From an uncultured Thermoplasmata archaeon (GTDB taxonomy: Archaea; Thermoplasmatota; Thermoplasmata; RBG-16-68-12): a DNA stretch of 52,895 bases. Below the pieces are notes generated by a model, which saw only the letters and a list, made by a program, of their open reading frames with translations, searched no databases and was not told the origin of the DNA. Position numbers and translations under genes: made by a program. The stretch lies in contig CAVYJM010000009.1 of NCBI GenBank assembly GCA_963768855.1, positions 1 to 52,895 of the forward strand, written 5' to 3'. This document shows, in pieces, positions 36,327-45,236 of this stretch (the first letter of the stretch is position 1; every line of letters starts with the position of its first letter).

Positions 36327-37703
36327 ATGGCCAAGCGCCTGGAGGACCTGGCGCCTCAAGGCCTGCTCGACCGCGCTCGCCGTGCGGGCGTCCTCGTGGA
36401 CGGCATCTCCCGGGTGCGCATCCTTTGCCACTACGACCCCGACGGCACGACGTCTGCCGCGATCCTTGCCCGCGCCCTGATGCGCCGGGGGAAGCGGGTT
36501 CACGCGACGATGTCCCACGCCCTCGATTCGGCCACCGTCGAGCTGATCAAGGCGGAGCCTAACGAGCTCCTCCTCGTGAGCGACATGGGGTCCGCCCAGC
36601 TCGACCAGCTCGAAGCCTTCCCGTACCCCGTCGTCGTCCTCGACCACCATAAGCCCCTGCGCGACTCGGACCGGGTTGTCCACGTGAACCCACATCTGTT
36701 CGGAGTCGACGGGGCGCGCGAGATGTGCGGGGCCACGACCTCGTGGCTGTTCACGCTCACCCTCGATGACGCGAACTGGGATCTCGCGGGGATGGCCGCG
36801 GCCGGCGCAATCGGAGACAAGCAAGACCTCGGCGGCTTCGTCGGCGTGAACGCAGCGCTCATCGGCGAGGCCGTCGAACGGAAAATCCTCGTCCCTGAAC
36901 GGAGGCTCGCCCTCCGCGATCGGCCGCTGGGACAGGCCCTCGCGCTCTCCATCTCACCCTATTTCCGCGGCATCGGCGGGCGCCCGGACGCCGCTGAGAC
37001 CTTCTTGCGGTCAGCGGGGATTGATCCCGCCTCGGCCCTTCGCCAGCTCGACGCCACGCAGCGGCGTCGCCTGGCGTCCGTCCTCGCGACTCGGCTCGTC
37101 GAGCAGGGAGCCGCGCCGGAGGCGCTCGAGGTCCTCGTGGAGGACCGTTACTGGGTCGAGCCCGATCAGATCTACGCCCAGGATCTCGAGGCGTATGTGA
37201 ACAGCTGCGACCGCCTCGAGCAAATGGGCCTCGGCATGTCGGTCTGCCTCGGGGATCGCGAAGCCATCGTGAAGGCGGAGGCCCTCCTGGACCAATACAC
37301 GAGCCGCGTCCTCGAGCATCTCCGTACGCTGGAGACGGAGGGCATGTTCACGAAGAAGCACGTCCAGTTCTTCTACTGCGAGGAGCCGAGCCTCGCCGGC
37401 TCCGTGGCCGGAGCGGGCATCCAGTTCTACTTCGATCAGTCCAAGCCCGTCTTCGGGCTCTCCGTCATGGAAAAGCAGACGAAGATCTCGGCGCGCGGGA
37501 CCCGCAGTCAGATTGCCAGCGGCATCGACCTCGCGGCGGCCTGTCGTGAGGCCGCGGGATCCCTCGGGGGCGACGGGGGCGGACACAACATCGCCTCGGG
37601 CGCGACGATCCCGAAGGGGAAGGAGGAGAAGTTCGTGGCCCTCGTCGACGAGATCGTGGGTCGTCAGAGCTCCCGTGCCGCGAAGCCCCCCGCGGCCGGC
37701 TGA
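36327..37703 (+). CDS. RecJ/GAN-like DHH phosphoesterase
   Basis: HYDPDG, SDMGS, LDHH, HVNPH, AIGDKQD, DHHA1 domain SARG...GGGHNIASGA. Lies directly downstream of rps15, a context I recall from other euryarchaea. Confidence 0.9.
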   Translation: MAKRLEDLAPQGLLDRARRAGVLVDGISRVRILCHYDPDGTTSAAILARALMRRGKRVHATMSHALDSATVELIKAEPNELLLVSDMGSAQLDQLEAFPYPVVVLDHHKPLRDSDRVVHVNPHLFGVDGAREMCGATTSWLFTLTLDDANWDLAGMAAAGAIGDKQDLGGFVGVNAALIGEAVERKILVPERRLALRDRPLGQALALSISPYFRGIGGRPDAAETFLRSAGIDPASALRQLDATQRRRLASVLATRLVEQGAAPEALEVLVEDRYWVEPDQIYAQDLEAYVNSCDRLEQMGLGMSVCLGDREAIVKAEALLDQYTSRVLEHLRTLETEGMFTKKHVQFFYCEEPSLAGSVAGAGIQFYFDQSKPVFGLSVMEKQTKISARGTRSQIASGIDLAAACREAAGSLGGDGGGHNIASGATIPKGKEEKFVALVDEIVGRQSSRAAKPPAAG

Positions 37704-37711
37704 CCGCGGTC

Positions 37712-38251
37712 CTACTCCTCGGTGCCCGAGGGCCCCCGGAGATCCGATATGTCCAACGTCTCCATGAAGCGCTCGAACCTCGCGACCTCCTTGGGTTCGT
37801 AGCACTCCGGGTCCATCGGGACGAGGACCGTCAGGCGGCGCGTCATCGCGTACTCGTTGAGATGTTCGATGAAGAAGATGCTCTTCGTGAACCCGATGTT
37901 CATGGAGATGTACTCGATGCCGTCGAGGAGGATGATGCATCCCTCGGGGTGGGCTTCGGAGAACGCCTCAAGGGAGCTGGCCAAGGTCCCGACCGCCGTC
38001 GGATCGTAGTGGCTTTCGCCCGGGCTCTGCGAGAGCCACCAGATCGGGATGCCCTGGAGCCCGAACCTCGTGCGGATCCGATCCGGATGGAGACGGCTGA
38101 TGACGAGCGCGGGCGTCCCATCGTCGTGCCGGCGTTCGACGAACCGATAGGCAGCCCCGACGGATTTGCCCCTCACCAGGTAGCAGGTGCCCTCCTCGAG
38201 TCGGACAGGATTCCCGATGCGGACTTGGCGGTCGGGGTCGGCTTGGGGCAT
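37712..38251 (-). CDS. DUF835 (inactive KaiC-like) domain protein
   Basis: LVISRLHPDRIR, IWWLS, PTAVGTL, IILLDGIEYI...GF, LVPMDP. Confidence 0.85.
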   Translation of the reverse strand: MPQADPDRQVRIGNPVRLEEGTCYLVRGKSVGAAYRFVERRHDDGTPALVISRLHPDRIRTRFGLQGIPIWWLSQSPGESHYDPTAVGTLASSLEAFSEAHPEGCIILLDGIEYISMNIGFTKSIFFIEHLNEYAMTRRLTVLVPMDPECYEPKEVARFERFMETLDISDLRGPSGTEE

Positions 38252-38416
38252 ACGCGCAGTCCGCCCGGTGCAATGGGCCGATTGGGTCCTTCACGCTTGG
38301 CCCACAATTATCAAATCGCGTTGGTCGAACTCGACAAACTCAAGAGGATTCGGATCGGGGCAGCCGCCCTCCCAACGAGCGAATCTGGCGTGCCGAGCAG
38401 GATCGGGCCGGAGTCC

Positions 38417-39004
38417 TCAGTACGTGTCGAGGAGCTTGCTGACCTCGCGCGTCTCCAGGTCCGTCCTCAGGGCGGGTGACTCGAGCACCTTGACGTTCCG
38501 CTCGAGGAGCGCGAGCTCCTTCTCCTCCAGCGTCTCGGGGCTCACGGGAAGGAGGAGGATCGCACGATGCTGCATGATGAACTCGTTCACGTGCTCCACG
38601 AACATCAGCGTCTGGAGGAATCCGTTGTTGATGATCAGGAACTCGAGTCCGTCGAGGAGGATGACGCCCTCGCCGCCGTTGTCCTCAATGAACTTCTGGA
38701 GGACCTTCGCGAGCGTGCCAATTGCGGTCGGGTTGTGGAAGTCCTCGCCCGGCGTGTGGCTCAGCCAAACGATCCGGACGTCCATCAGCCCGCGCTCGCG
38801 CCGCACCCGCTCGGGGTACTGCCGCGTCACGACGAGTCCCGGGATCTTCTGCTCCAGGAGGACCTCGAACAGGCGGTAGCTCACCTCGGGCTTCTTCTCT
38901 TTCACGAGGTAGCAGACGCCTTTCTCGATGTCCATAGGTAGCCCAGTTCTCACGTAGTCGTCCTCGGACCCGTAGATGTGGTCCTGTGCGTGCACCCATC
39001 CCAT
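38417..39004 (-). CDS. DUF835 (inactive KaiC-like) domain protein
   Basis: LVVTRQYPERVR, IVWLS, PTAIGTL, VILLDGLEFLIINNGF, LLPVSPETL..KELALLER. Own TTTAAA element at 39031-39037. Confidence 0.88.
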   Translation of the reverse strand: MGWVHAQDHIYGSEDDYVRTGLPMDIEKGVCYLVKEKKPEVSYRLFEVLLEQKIPGLVVTRQYPERVRRERGLMDVRIVWLSHTPGEDFHNPTAIGTLAKVLQKFIEDNGGEGVILLDGLEFLIINNGFLQTLMFVEHVNEFIMQHRAILLLPVSPETLEEKELALLERNVKVLESPALRTDLETREVSKLLDTY

Positions 39005-39021
39005 GCTTCACGCAAAATCGG

Positions 39022-40191
39022 TCATCGCCTCTTTAAACCTCTTTCGAGATTATCAGCTAGGATTTTGGACTGGATCTCGGGGAGGGAGATGAGCGTGGTC
39101 TTCCCGACGACGCCCTCGCCGCTCAGTTTCGTGTCGATCAGACCGAGCGCGTCGAGGTCGCCGACGTACTTCCAGAACTGCGTGTGGGCGCGGCGCTTCT
39201 CGCCGTATTCCTCGCAGACGAGCTTGTAGGCCTCCTCGGCCTCGCCCATCGTGATGTACGCCTTCCTGCGGCTCTTGCGCGCAATCGCCAGGAGGACGAG
39301 CTTCTTGGGCGTGTCGAGGAGGGACAGGCGCTCCTCGAGGCCCGTGGGATGGACCTGGGACTTCGCGCCGCGCACATGTTCCGCGGTGACGACCTCGGAG
39401 GTCTCCTCATCCGCGAGCATCCCGGCCTTGTCAAGTAGCTCGATCGCGTACCGCGCATCGCCCAGCTCGGATGCGATGTCGGCGATCAGGTCCACGAGGT
39501 CGTCGTCCACGGTCCCCGGATGCAACGCGAGCCGAACGCGGTCCGTCACGATGTCCCCGAGCTCCTTCATGTCGTACCTGGGGAACTCGACGACGTTGGA
39601 CCGGCGGAACGTGCTGAGGGCGGCGGCGTCCATGTAGTCGAGGGCGTTGTCCCGCTGGGAGATCAGCATCATCGAGATGTTGCCTTTCGCGGAGCTGCTC
39701 TCCTCCGCGATCCGCGCAAACGAGTAGATCAGGTCGGCCCCGCTCTTCTTCAGGAGGGCGTCGACCTCGTCCAGGATGACGATGAAGTGCAACTTGTTCT
39801 TCTCCAGATGCCGCCGCAGGGTCTCGAGCTTCTCCGAGAGGGAGAAGCCGCGGTCCGGGAAGTGCGCATCAAAGTGACGGACCAGGGTCAGGAGGACCGC
39901 GTCGTCCCCCAGGTTCTTGCGGCAGTTCACGGGCATGTAGTCGAGCGCGCGCCCCTTCTCCTCCGCGTACTTGCGGAAGTCCGTGCAGAAGCGCTTCGCG
40001 CTGTGCGTCTTCCCGGTGCCGACAGGCCCGTAGATGAAGGCGTTGCTCGAGATGCCCGCGTCGACGATCGGGCGGAAGTAGCTGAAGAGTCGCTGCATCT
40101 GCGCCTCGCGGTGGAGCATCTTCTCGGGCACGTAGTCGAAGGAGAGCTTGGCCTGGTCTTTGAATACGGAGGGCCCGGCCCGGAACGACAC
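39022..40191 (-). CDS. cdc6: Orc1/Cdc6 replication initiator
   Basis: VFKD..KLSFDYVPEKMLHRE, GPVGTGKT, VNCR, ILDEVD, FPRYD..EL..I..DR, GDARYAI, C-terminal winged helix. GTG 40191 sits about 29 nt after TTTATTGA. Confidence 0.95.
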   Translation of the reverse strand: MSFRAGPSVFKDQAKLSFDYVPEKMLHREAQMQRLFSYFRPIVDAGISSNAFIYGPVGTGKTHSAKRFCTDFRKYAEEKGRALDYMPVNCRKNLGDDAVLLTLVRHFDAHFPDRGFSLSEKLETLRRHLEKNKLHFIVILDEVDALLKKSGADLIYSFARIAEESSSAKGNISMMLISQRDNALDYMDAAALSTFRRSNVVEFPRYDMKELGDIVTDRVRLALHPGTVDDDLVDLIADIASELGDARYAIELLDKAGMLADEETSEVVTAEHVRGAKSQVHPTGLEERLSLLDTPKKLVLLAIARKSRRKAYITMGEAEEAYKLVCEEYGEKRRAHTQFWKYVGDLDALGLIDTKLSGEGVVGKTTLISLPEIQSKILADNLERGLKRR

Positions 40192-40279
40192 GGACGCTCC
40201 ATCGCGGCTCCGTTCAATAAACCCTTTGCCCTCCCCGCCGGAAGCCAAACCCCATGAGGGTCCGCGGACATCCGGCCCC

Positions 40280-40645
40280 GTGGCGGACCGTTATTTCTGC
40301 TTCGCCTGCGGCCGGGATCACTTCGCGGGCTCCGCCGTCGGCGAGGGTCACCGTCGGTACAGCATCGAGGGAGGTCACGAGTCCGGCGGGCTCTTCGACC
40401 AGCTCCGAGAATTCTACCTCCAGACGAAGGGCATCGATGCCGCGTTCCGGATTCTGGGCTTCGAGTCGGTCCGCATTCAGCCCCCTCGCTTCGGCCACGG
40501 ATGGCCGACGCGCGACGCGGTCGAGAAGGCCTTCCGCGAGCGGGCGAAACGCCTCCATCCGGACGCGGGGGGTGATCCCCACGAGTTCCGCAAGGTGCAG
40601 TGGGCCGTAGAGGTCCTCCGCCGCTACCGGCCGAGGGACGCGTGA
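40280..40645 (+). CDS. Small J-domain (DnaJ-like) protein with N-terminal CxxC-x3-H motif
   Basis: YFCFACGRDH...GH; C-terminal VEKAFRERAKRLHPDAGGDPHEFRKVQWAVEVL containing the HPD motif. Confidence 0.82.
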   Translation: MADRYFCFACGRDHFAGSAVGEGHRRYSIEGGHESGGLFDQLREFYLQTKGIDAAFRILGFESVRIQPPRFGHGWPTRDAVEKAFRERAKRLHPDAGGDPHEFRKVQWAVEVLRRYRPRDA

Positions 40646-40685
40646 GGCCGTTCCCCGCAACGTTTATCGCGGCCCGGGAGGTTCG

Positions 40686-41696
40686 ATGCCCCGAGGTGGA
40701 CCGATTCCCTCCGAGTCCGACGCGGACGTCCTCCGCCGGCTGCGGTGGAAGGATCTGCGGGAACTGGCCGACCGCCATGGGGTCGCCGTGCGCGGGCTGC
40801 GGTCGAAGGCCGAGGTCGCGGACGCCCTCCTGTCGAGTCCCTCCGGCCCCGCCATCCTGGGGGAGGTCAACGCGCGCACCGGAACAGGGCCCGAGGCCGA
40901 CCGGACTCGGGACCGTCTCGCCGTGACTCGAGACGCGATCCGGGAGGCCGCGAACCTGGGGTCCGGAGTCGGCGCGGCGGAGGACGCGTGGAAGGCGGCG
41001 ACCCGCGCGCTGGAGCAGGGCAAGCTCCGTCAGGCGGAGGACGACCTGGACCGGGCGTCCCAGCTCGCCGCGGAGGCCCGAGAGCGCCGCATCAAGGAGA
41101 TCGAGGCATCCCTCGTATCCGTCGCGGATCACATCGAGGCGGCGCACAAGGTGGGCGCGGACGTCGCGGACGCCGAGGAGATCCGCTCCCGCGCCCAGGA
41201 TGCCGTCGCCTCGCGCGAGTACGTCCAGGCGGGGGAACTGGTCAAGCAGGCCGAGCGGGTTGCGATCCAGGCGCAGCAACGCCAGATCGATCAGGCGATC
41301 CGGCTCCAGGAGAGCCAGATCGAGCGGGCCCGCGCGATCATCGCCGGGTGCGAGCCGATCCTGCAGGAGGCGGAGTCCTACGACCTCAACGCGGCCGACG
41401 TCCGGACCCTGCTCCGCCAGGCGCGGGACGTCCTCGCCAAGGGAGACTACCTGGCCGGGCTCACGTTCGCCCACAACGCGGAGGAGGCGGCCTACCGCCT
41501 GTCCTCCCGGGTTGAGGAGGAGCGGAAGCACCGCGGCATCGTGCGGCCCGCCCTCGGGGTCTGCGGCGTGTGCGGCTCGGACCACCTGATCTTCTACGAG
41601 GACGGATGGGGTCGCTGCTCGGGTTGCGACGGAGAGTTCCGCTGGCGGGGGTCGCTCGGCCTCCGGGAACGGCTCAGAGGACTCCTTGGTACTTAG
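40686..41696 (+). CDS. Hypothetical protein: SAP/Rho-N-like N-terminus, helical repeats, C-terminal Zn ribbon
   Basis: LRRLRWKDLRELADRHGVAVRGLRSKAEVADALL; repeated three-helix units; CGVCGS...RCSGCDGEFRW. Confidence 0.75.
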   Translation: MPRGGPIPSESDADVLRRLRWKDLRELADRHGVAVRGLRSKAEVADALLSSPSGPAILGEVNARTGTGPEADRTRDRLAVTRDAIREAANLGSGVGAAEDAWKAATRALEQGKLRQAEDDLDRASQLAAEARERRIKEIEASLVSVADHIEAAHKVGADVADAEEIRSRAQDAVASREYVQAGELVKQAERVAIQAQQRQIDQAIRLQESQIERARAIIAGCEPILQEAESYDLNAADVRTLLRQARDVLAKGDYLAGLTFAHNAEEAAYRLSSRVEEERKHRGIVRPALGVCGVCGSDHLIFYEDGWGRCSGCDGEFRWRGSLGLRERLRGLLGT

Positions 41697-42177
41697 GCTG
41701 GCCGACCTGCCGGAAGAAGCCCCGGAGGACGTCCCCCCGCGTCACGATCCCTACGAGGCGGTTGCCCTCCACCACAGGGATGCGGTGGATCTTGTGCTGG
41801 ACCATCAGGCGGATCGCGCGCTCGACGGAGTCGTCCGGCATGACGGCGTGGACCTCCTTGGTCATGATGTCCCGGACGAGGCGGTTCTCGACCTCCTTGA
41901 AGGCGGCGAGGGCCTCGCGCTCCTTGATGATTTCGACGAAGGAGATGCCGAACGTGATCTCGGGCGGCATGAGCATGCGAAGCTCCTTGTGTTGGGTCTT
42001 CAGGGCGTCGAGGATGTCGACCTCGCTGAGCATGCCGATGATCGCGCCCTGATCGTCCACGACCGGGCAGCCGCCCACGCTCTCGTCCGCGAGGGTGATC
42101 GCCGCCTCGCGCAACGTGGCCGTGGGCTTGAGGGCGATCGGATCCTTCGACATCACGTCCCGGATCTTCAGAGCCAT
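41674..42177 (-). CDS. CBS-domain pair protein
   Basis: KIRDVMSKDP, GCPVVDDQG.IIGMLSEVDI, VRDIMTKEV, HRIPVVE.NRLVGIVTRGDV. Confidence 0.9.
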   Translation of the reverse strand: MALKIRDVMSKDPIALKPTATLREAAITLADESVGGCPVVDDQGAIIGMLSEVDILDALKTQHKELRMLMPPEITFGISFVEIIKEREALAAFKEVENRLVRDIMTKEVHAVMPDDSVERAIRLMVQHKIHRIPVVEGNRLVGIVTRGDVLRGFFRQVGQPKYQGVL

Positions 42178-42253
42178 GGCGCCGTTCTGATGAGCTTTCG
42201 GGCTATTAGTAACTCGCCATAGGTTTTTACCGCGTCCGCGGAATCCCCGCGGG

Positions 42254-43207
42254 ATGGCCCGCTCGAAATTGCTCCGCCGCAAGGTGGAGGACATCGACCT
42301 CTCCCGGGCCGCCACGCTCGACACCCTCGTGGAGCAGATGGAGGCCGCCGGCGGATTCACCGCGAAGAAGGTCGCGGACGGGGTCGACATCCTCCGGACC
42401 ATGTTCCGGCGGCGGGATTGCCGCACGTTCCTCTCCTTTCCCGCGGCCCTCATGGCCACGGGCGTCCGCGGCGTCCTCCGCACCCTCGTCGAGAAGCGCC
42501 TCGTGGACGTCATCATCACGACCTGCGGGACGGCAGATCACGACCTCGCGCGGGTATGGCGGCCCTACTACCACGGGGACTTCGAGATGGACGACGTTGC
42601 CCTGCACCGCCAGGGCGTGAACCGTCTCGGCAACATCCTCGTCCCGAACGAATCCTACGGCATCATCCTGGAGCAGAAGGTCCAGCCGATGCTCCAGGAC
42701 CTGTACGACTCGGGCAAGAGGAATCTGTCCACGAAGGAACTCCTGTGGGAGCTCGGCCGGAAAACCGAATCGAAGGAGTCCCTCCTGTGGTGGGCCTGGA
42801 AGAACAAGGTGCCCGTGTACGTGCCCGCGCCGTTCGACGGTTCCGTCGGGTACCAGCTTTGGTCGTTCTGGCAGGAGCACAAGGACTTCAGGCTCGACCT
42901 GTTCCGCGATGAGCAGGACCTCATGGACCTCGTCTTCACCGCGAAGGAGGCCGGCGCTTTGATGATCGGCGGCGGGGTGTCCAAGCACCACACGATCTGG
43001 TGGAACCAGTTCCGCGGCGGCCTCGATTACGCGGTGTACATCACGACCGCGCCGGAGTGGGACGGGAGCCTGAGCGGCGCGCGCGTCCGCGAAGGGATTT
43101 CCTGGGGCAAGGTGAAGGAGGACGCCCGCCAGCTCACGATCGAGGGCGACGCCTCGGCCCTTTTGCCGCTGATGATCGGGGCCGCGATGGCCCCGCGTCG
43201 CCGCTGA
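42254..43207 (+). CDS. dys: Deoxyhypusine synthase
   Basis: AGGFTA, TFLSFPAALMATG, NRLGNILVPN, IGGGVSKHH, DGSLSGA...EGISWGK, EGDAS. Confidence 0.95.
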   Translation: MARSKLLRRKVEDIDLSRAATLDTLVEQMEAAGGFTAKKVADGVDILRTMFRRRDCRTFLSFPAALMATGVRGVLRTLVEKRLVDVIITTCGTADHDLARVWRPYYHGDFEMDDVALHRQGVNRLGNILVPNESYGIILEQKVQPMLQDLYDSGKRNLSTKELLWELGRKTESKESLLWWAWKNKVPVYVPAPFDGSVGYQLWSFWQEHKDFRLDLFRDEQDLMDLVFTAKEAGALMIGGGVSKHHTIWWNQFRGGLDYAVYITTAPEWDGSLSGARVREGISWGKVKEDARQLTIEGDASALLPLMIGAAMAPRRR

Positions 43208-43213
43208 GCCGCT

Positions 43214-43435
43214 TCACCGGACGAGATAGTAGCCGGCGGCCTTCTCTCGCGCCCGCCGCTTCGCGTAGCCCTTGGACTCGAGCTCCTGGAGCGCGGACAG
43301 GACCATCCCTTTGGGCAGCTTGGCCATTTTGGTGATTGCGTCCGCATCCCGCATCTTGTCTTCCGATGTCGCGCCCGCGGCCTTCATGACATCGTAGACT
43401 TTGTTCGCTCGATCCGAAACGTCTTCCAGGGGCAT
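43214..43435 (-). CDS. Small (73 aa) basic winged-helix-like protein
   Basis: MPLEDVSDRANKVYDVMK...DADAITKMAKLPKGMVLSALQELESKGYAKRR...YYLVR fits a helix-turn-helix plus beta-wing pattern. Upstream TTATTTAAT element. Confidence 0.72.
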   Translation of the reverse strand: MPLEDVSDRANKVYDVMKAAGATSEDKMRDADAITKMAKLPKGMVLSALQELESKGYAKRRAREKAAGYYLVR

Positions 43436-43504
43436 CCGCCCATCTCCCTTGGGTTCGCGGGTAGTCGGCCCTGCATTAAATAAGCTTGCTACCTTTCTGT
43501 AACG

Positions 43505-44032
43505 ATGGCTCGCGTCGGCGTCTGCAAGGATCGGCTCGCGGAGGCCTTCGAGCATTTCGGTCGCGTGCCGATCGTCAAGAAGACCGAGAAAGTCCCGCCG
43601 GAGCATCCGATCTTCCGGCTCGACGAATCCGTCCCGTGGTGGGCGTCCGGCGGTCTCCTCCACGACGGACGCGGGCGGATCCTGCTCCTGCGGCACGTGC
43701 CTTCGAAGGGCTGGGGCGACGTCTGGCTCACCCCGGGCGGCAAGCTCGAAGAGGGCGAGACCGTCCTCGAGGGATTCGAGCGCGAGGTGCGAGAGGAGGT
43801 CGGCGTCGAGGTCGTGGACGCGGTCCTCACGCGGATCCTCCAGCAGAACCTGACGGACGGGTCGCGGGTACGACACGGATACTTCGCCCAGTTCCTCGCA
43901 CGGGTGGCGAACCCTGCGATCCGGCCGGGTGTCGATGTGCTCGAGGTGCGGTGGTTCGACGCACTCCCCGCGGACATGGCATTCCGGGAGGACTACGTCG
44001 AGGACGTCCGTCGCGTCCCGGGGCACCGATGA
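43505..44032 (+). CDS. NUDIX hydrolase
   Basis: Nudix box GGKLEEGETVLEGFEREVREEVGV. Confidence 0.9.
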   Translation: MARVGVCKDRLAEAFEHFGRVPIVKKTEKVPPEHPIFRLDESVPWWASGGLLHDGRGRILLLRHVPSKGWGDVWLTPGGKLEEGETVLEGFEREVREEVGVEVVDAVLTRILQQNLTDGSRVRHGYFAQFLARVANPAIRPGVDVLEVRWFDALPADMAFREDYVEDVRRVPGHR

Positions 44033-44083
44033 ACCGGGCGAACGCAAATATCTATTGCGCCGCCCTCGTTACGGCGCCTCGAT

Positions 44084-44686
44084 ATGTCCCGGAAGCCCGC
44101 GCTCCTGCTCGTGGATCTCCAGAACGACTTCTGCCCTGGCGGTGCGCTAGGCGTTCCGGACGGCGACCAAATCGTCCCGCGCATCAACCGGATGATCGAG
44201 CTGTTCGAACGCCGTGGCCTCCCGGTCCTGGCGACCCGGGACTGGCATCCCGCCGTCACGAAGCACTTCAAGGAGTTTGGCGGTGCCTGGCCGCCGCACT
44301 GCATCCAGGGGACGAAGGGCGCGCGGTTCCATCCGGACCTCAAGTTGCCGAAGGAGGCCGTCCTCCTGTCGAAGGGGATGGACCCCGAGCAGGATTCGTA
44401 CTCCGGCTTCCAGGCGTTGAGTGCGCAGGGCCGGGACCTCGAGTCCGTCATCCGCGACCTCGCCATCGATGAAATCTACGTATGCGGGCTCGCAACGGAC
44501 TACTGCGTCCGGGCGACCGCGCTCGACGCGGTGCGCCGCGGCCTCCGCGTCCGGGTGCTCAAGGACGCGATCAAGGGCGTCGATTTGAAACCGGGAGACT
44601 CGAGGGCCGCGATTTCGGAGATGCGAACTGCGGGTGTCCCCTTCTTGGCGACGAGAGGGATCGCGAAGGTCCTCCCACCGGTCTGA
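44084..44686 (+). CDS. pncA: Nicotinamidase/pyrazinamidase
   Basis: LLVDLQNDFCPGGAL, TRDWHP, WPPHCIQGT.GA, SKG...YSGF, GLATDYCV.ATALDA. Confidence 0.94.
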   Translation: MSRKPALLLVDLQNDFCPGGALGVPDGDQIVPRINRMIELFERRGLPVLATRDWHPAVTKHFKEFGGAWPPHCIQGTKGARFHPDLKLPKEAVLLSKGMDPEQDSYSGFQALSAQGRDLESVIRDLAIDEIYVCGLATDYCVRATALDAVRRGLRVRVLKDAIKGVDLKPGDSRAAISEMRTAGVPFLATRGIAKVLPPV

Positions 44687-44848
44687 GAGTACCTCAGCTT
44701 CTCGCTTCCCGGTTCCGCCAACCTGAGGGTGATGCCAGCACATCCTCGCCGCGCCGTATCCTGGCTTTACATACGCTTAAATAGCGTCACTGCCATACGA
44801 ATGTCAGACAAAAGCGTCGAGTCCGTCGGACACAGGCCAGGGACCTTC

Positions 44849-45166
44849 ATGCCCCAGGAATCCGAGCGCGTCACCATTCGTATCCCGCCCGAGAAGATCC
44901 AAGCTCTCCAGTCGCTCGTCAAGAGCGGGAGCTACCCGACGATCTCGGACGCCATCCGCGCCGCGATCGACCGCTTCATCGACGTTCAATTCGCACCCGA
45001 TTACATTCGCAAGCTGATGATCGAGCTGCCCAAGGGGAATGTGGTGGATCTCCAGCAGCTCGTGAAGTCGGGCGACTCCGTGTCCGTGGAGGACGCGGTC
45101 CGCAACGCGGTCCGCGAATACGTCCGACGGCGGCTCCACAAGGCCATCGAGGGAGCCGACCGCTAG
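44849..45166 (+). CDS. Tandem ribbon-helix-helix protein upstream of ftsZ (CdrS-like)
   Basis: ERVTIRIP..LVKSGSYPTISDAIRAAI and LMIELP..LVKSGDSVSVEDAVRNAV. Alternative leaderless start ATG 44801. Confidence 0.85.
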   Translation: MPQESERVTIRIPPEKIQALQSLVKSGSYPTISDAIRAAIDRFIDVQFAPDYIRKLMIELPKGNVVDLQQLVKSGDSVSVEDAVRNAVREYVRRRLHKAIEGADR

Positions 45167-45236
45167 GCACGATGGCGCACCCGCAGGAGCGGGTGCCGCA
45201 CGACCGACCGCCACCGGTCCGGGATGGGAACCAGGG

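Noticed and set aside
40192-40248. TTG start of cdc6 at 40248
   Set aside because: It would place the TTTATTGA promoter inside the CDS and leave almost no room for the divergent gene. GTG 40191 fits leaderless spacing.
38990-40300. Replication origin next to cdc6
   Set aside because: No ORB-like TTCCAGTGGAAA/G-string repeats or extended AT-rich unwinding element seen; both flanks are short and gene-packed.
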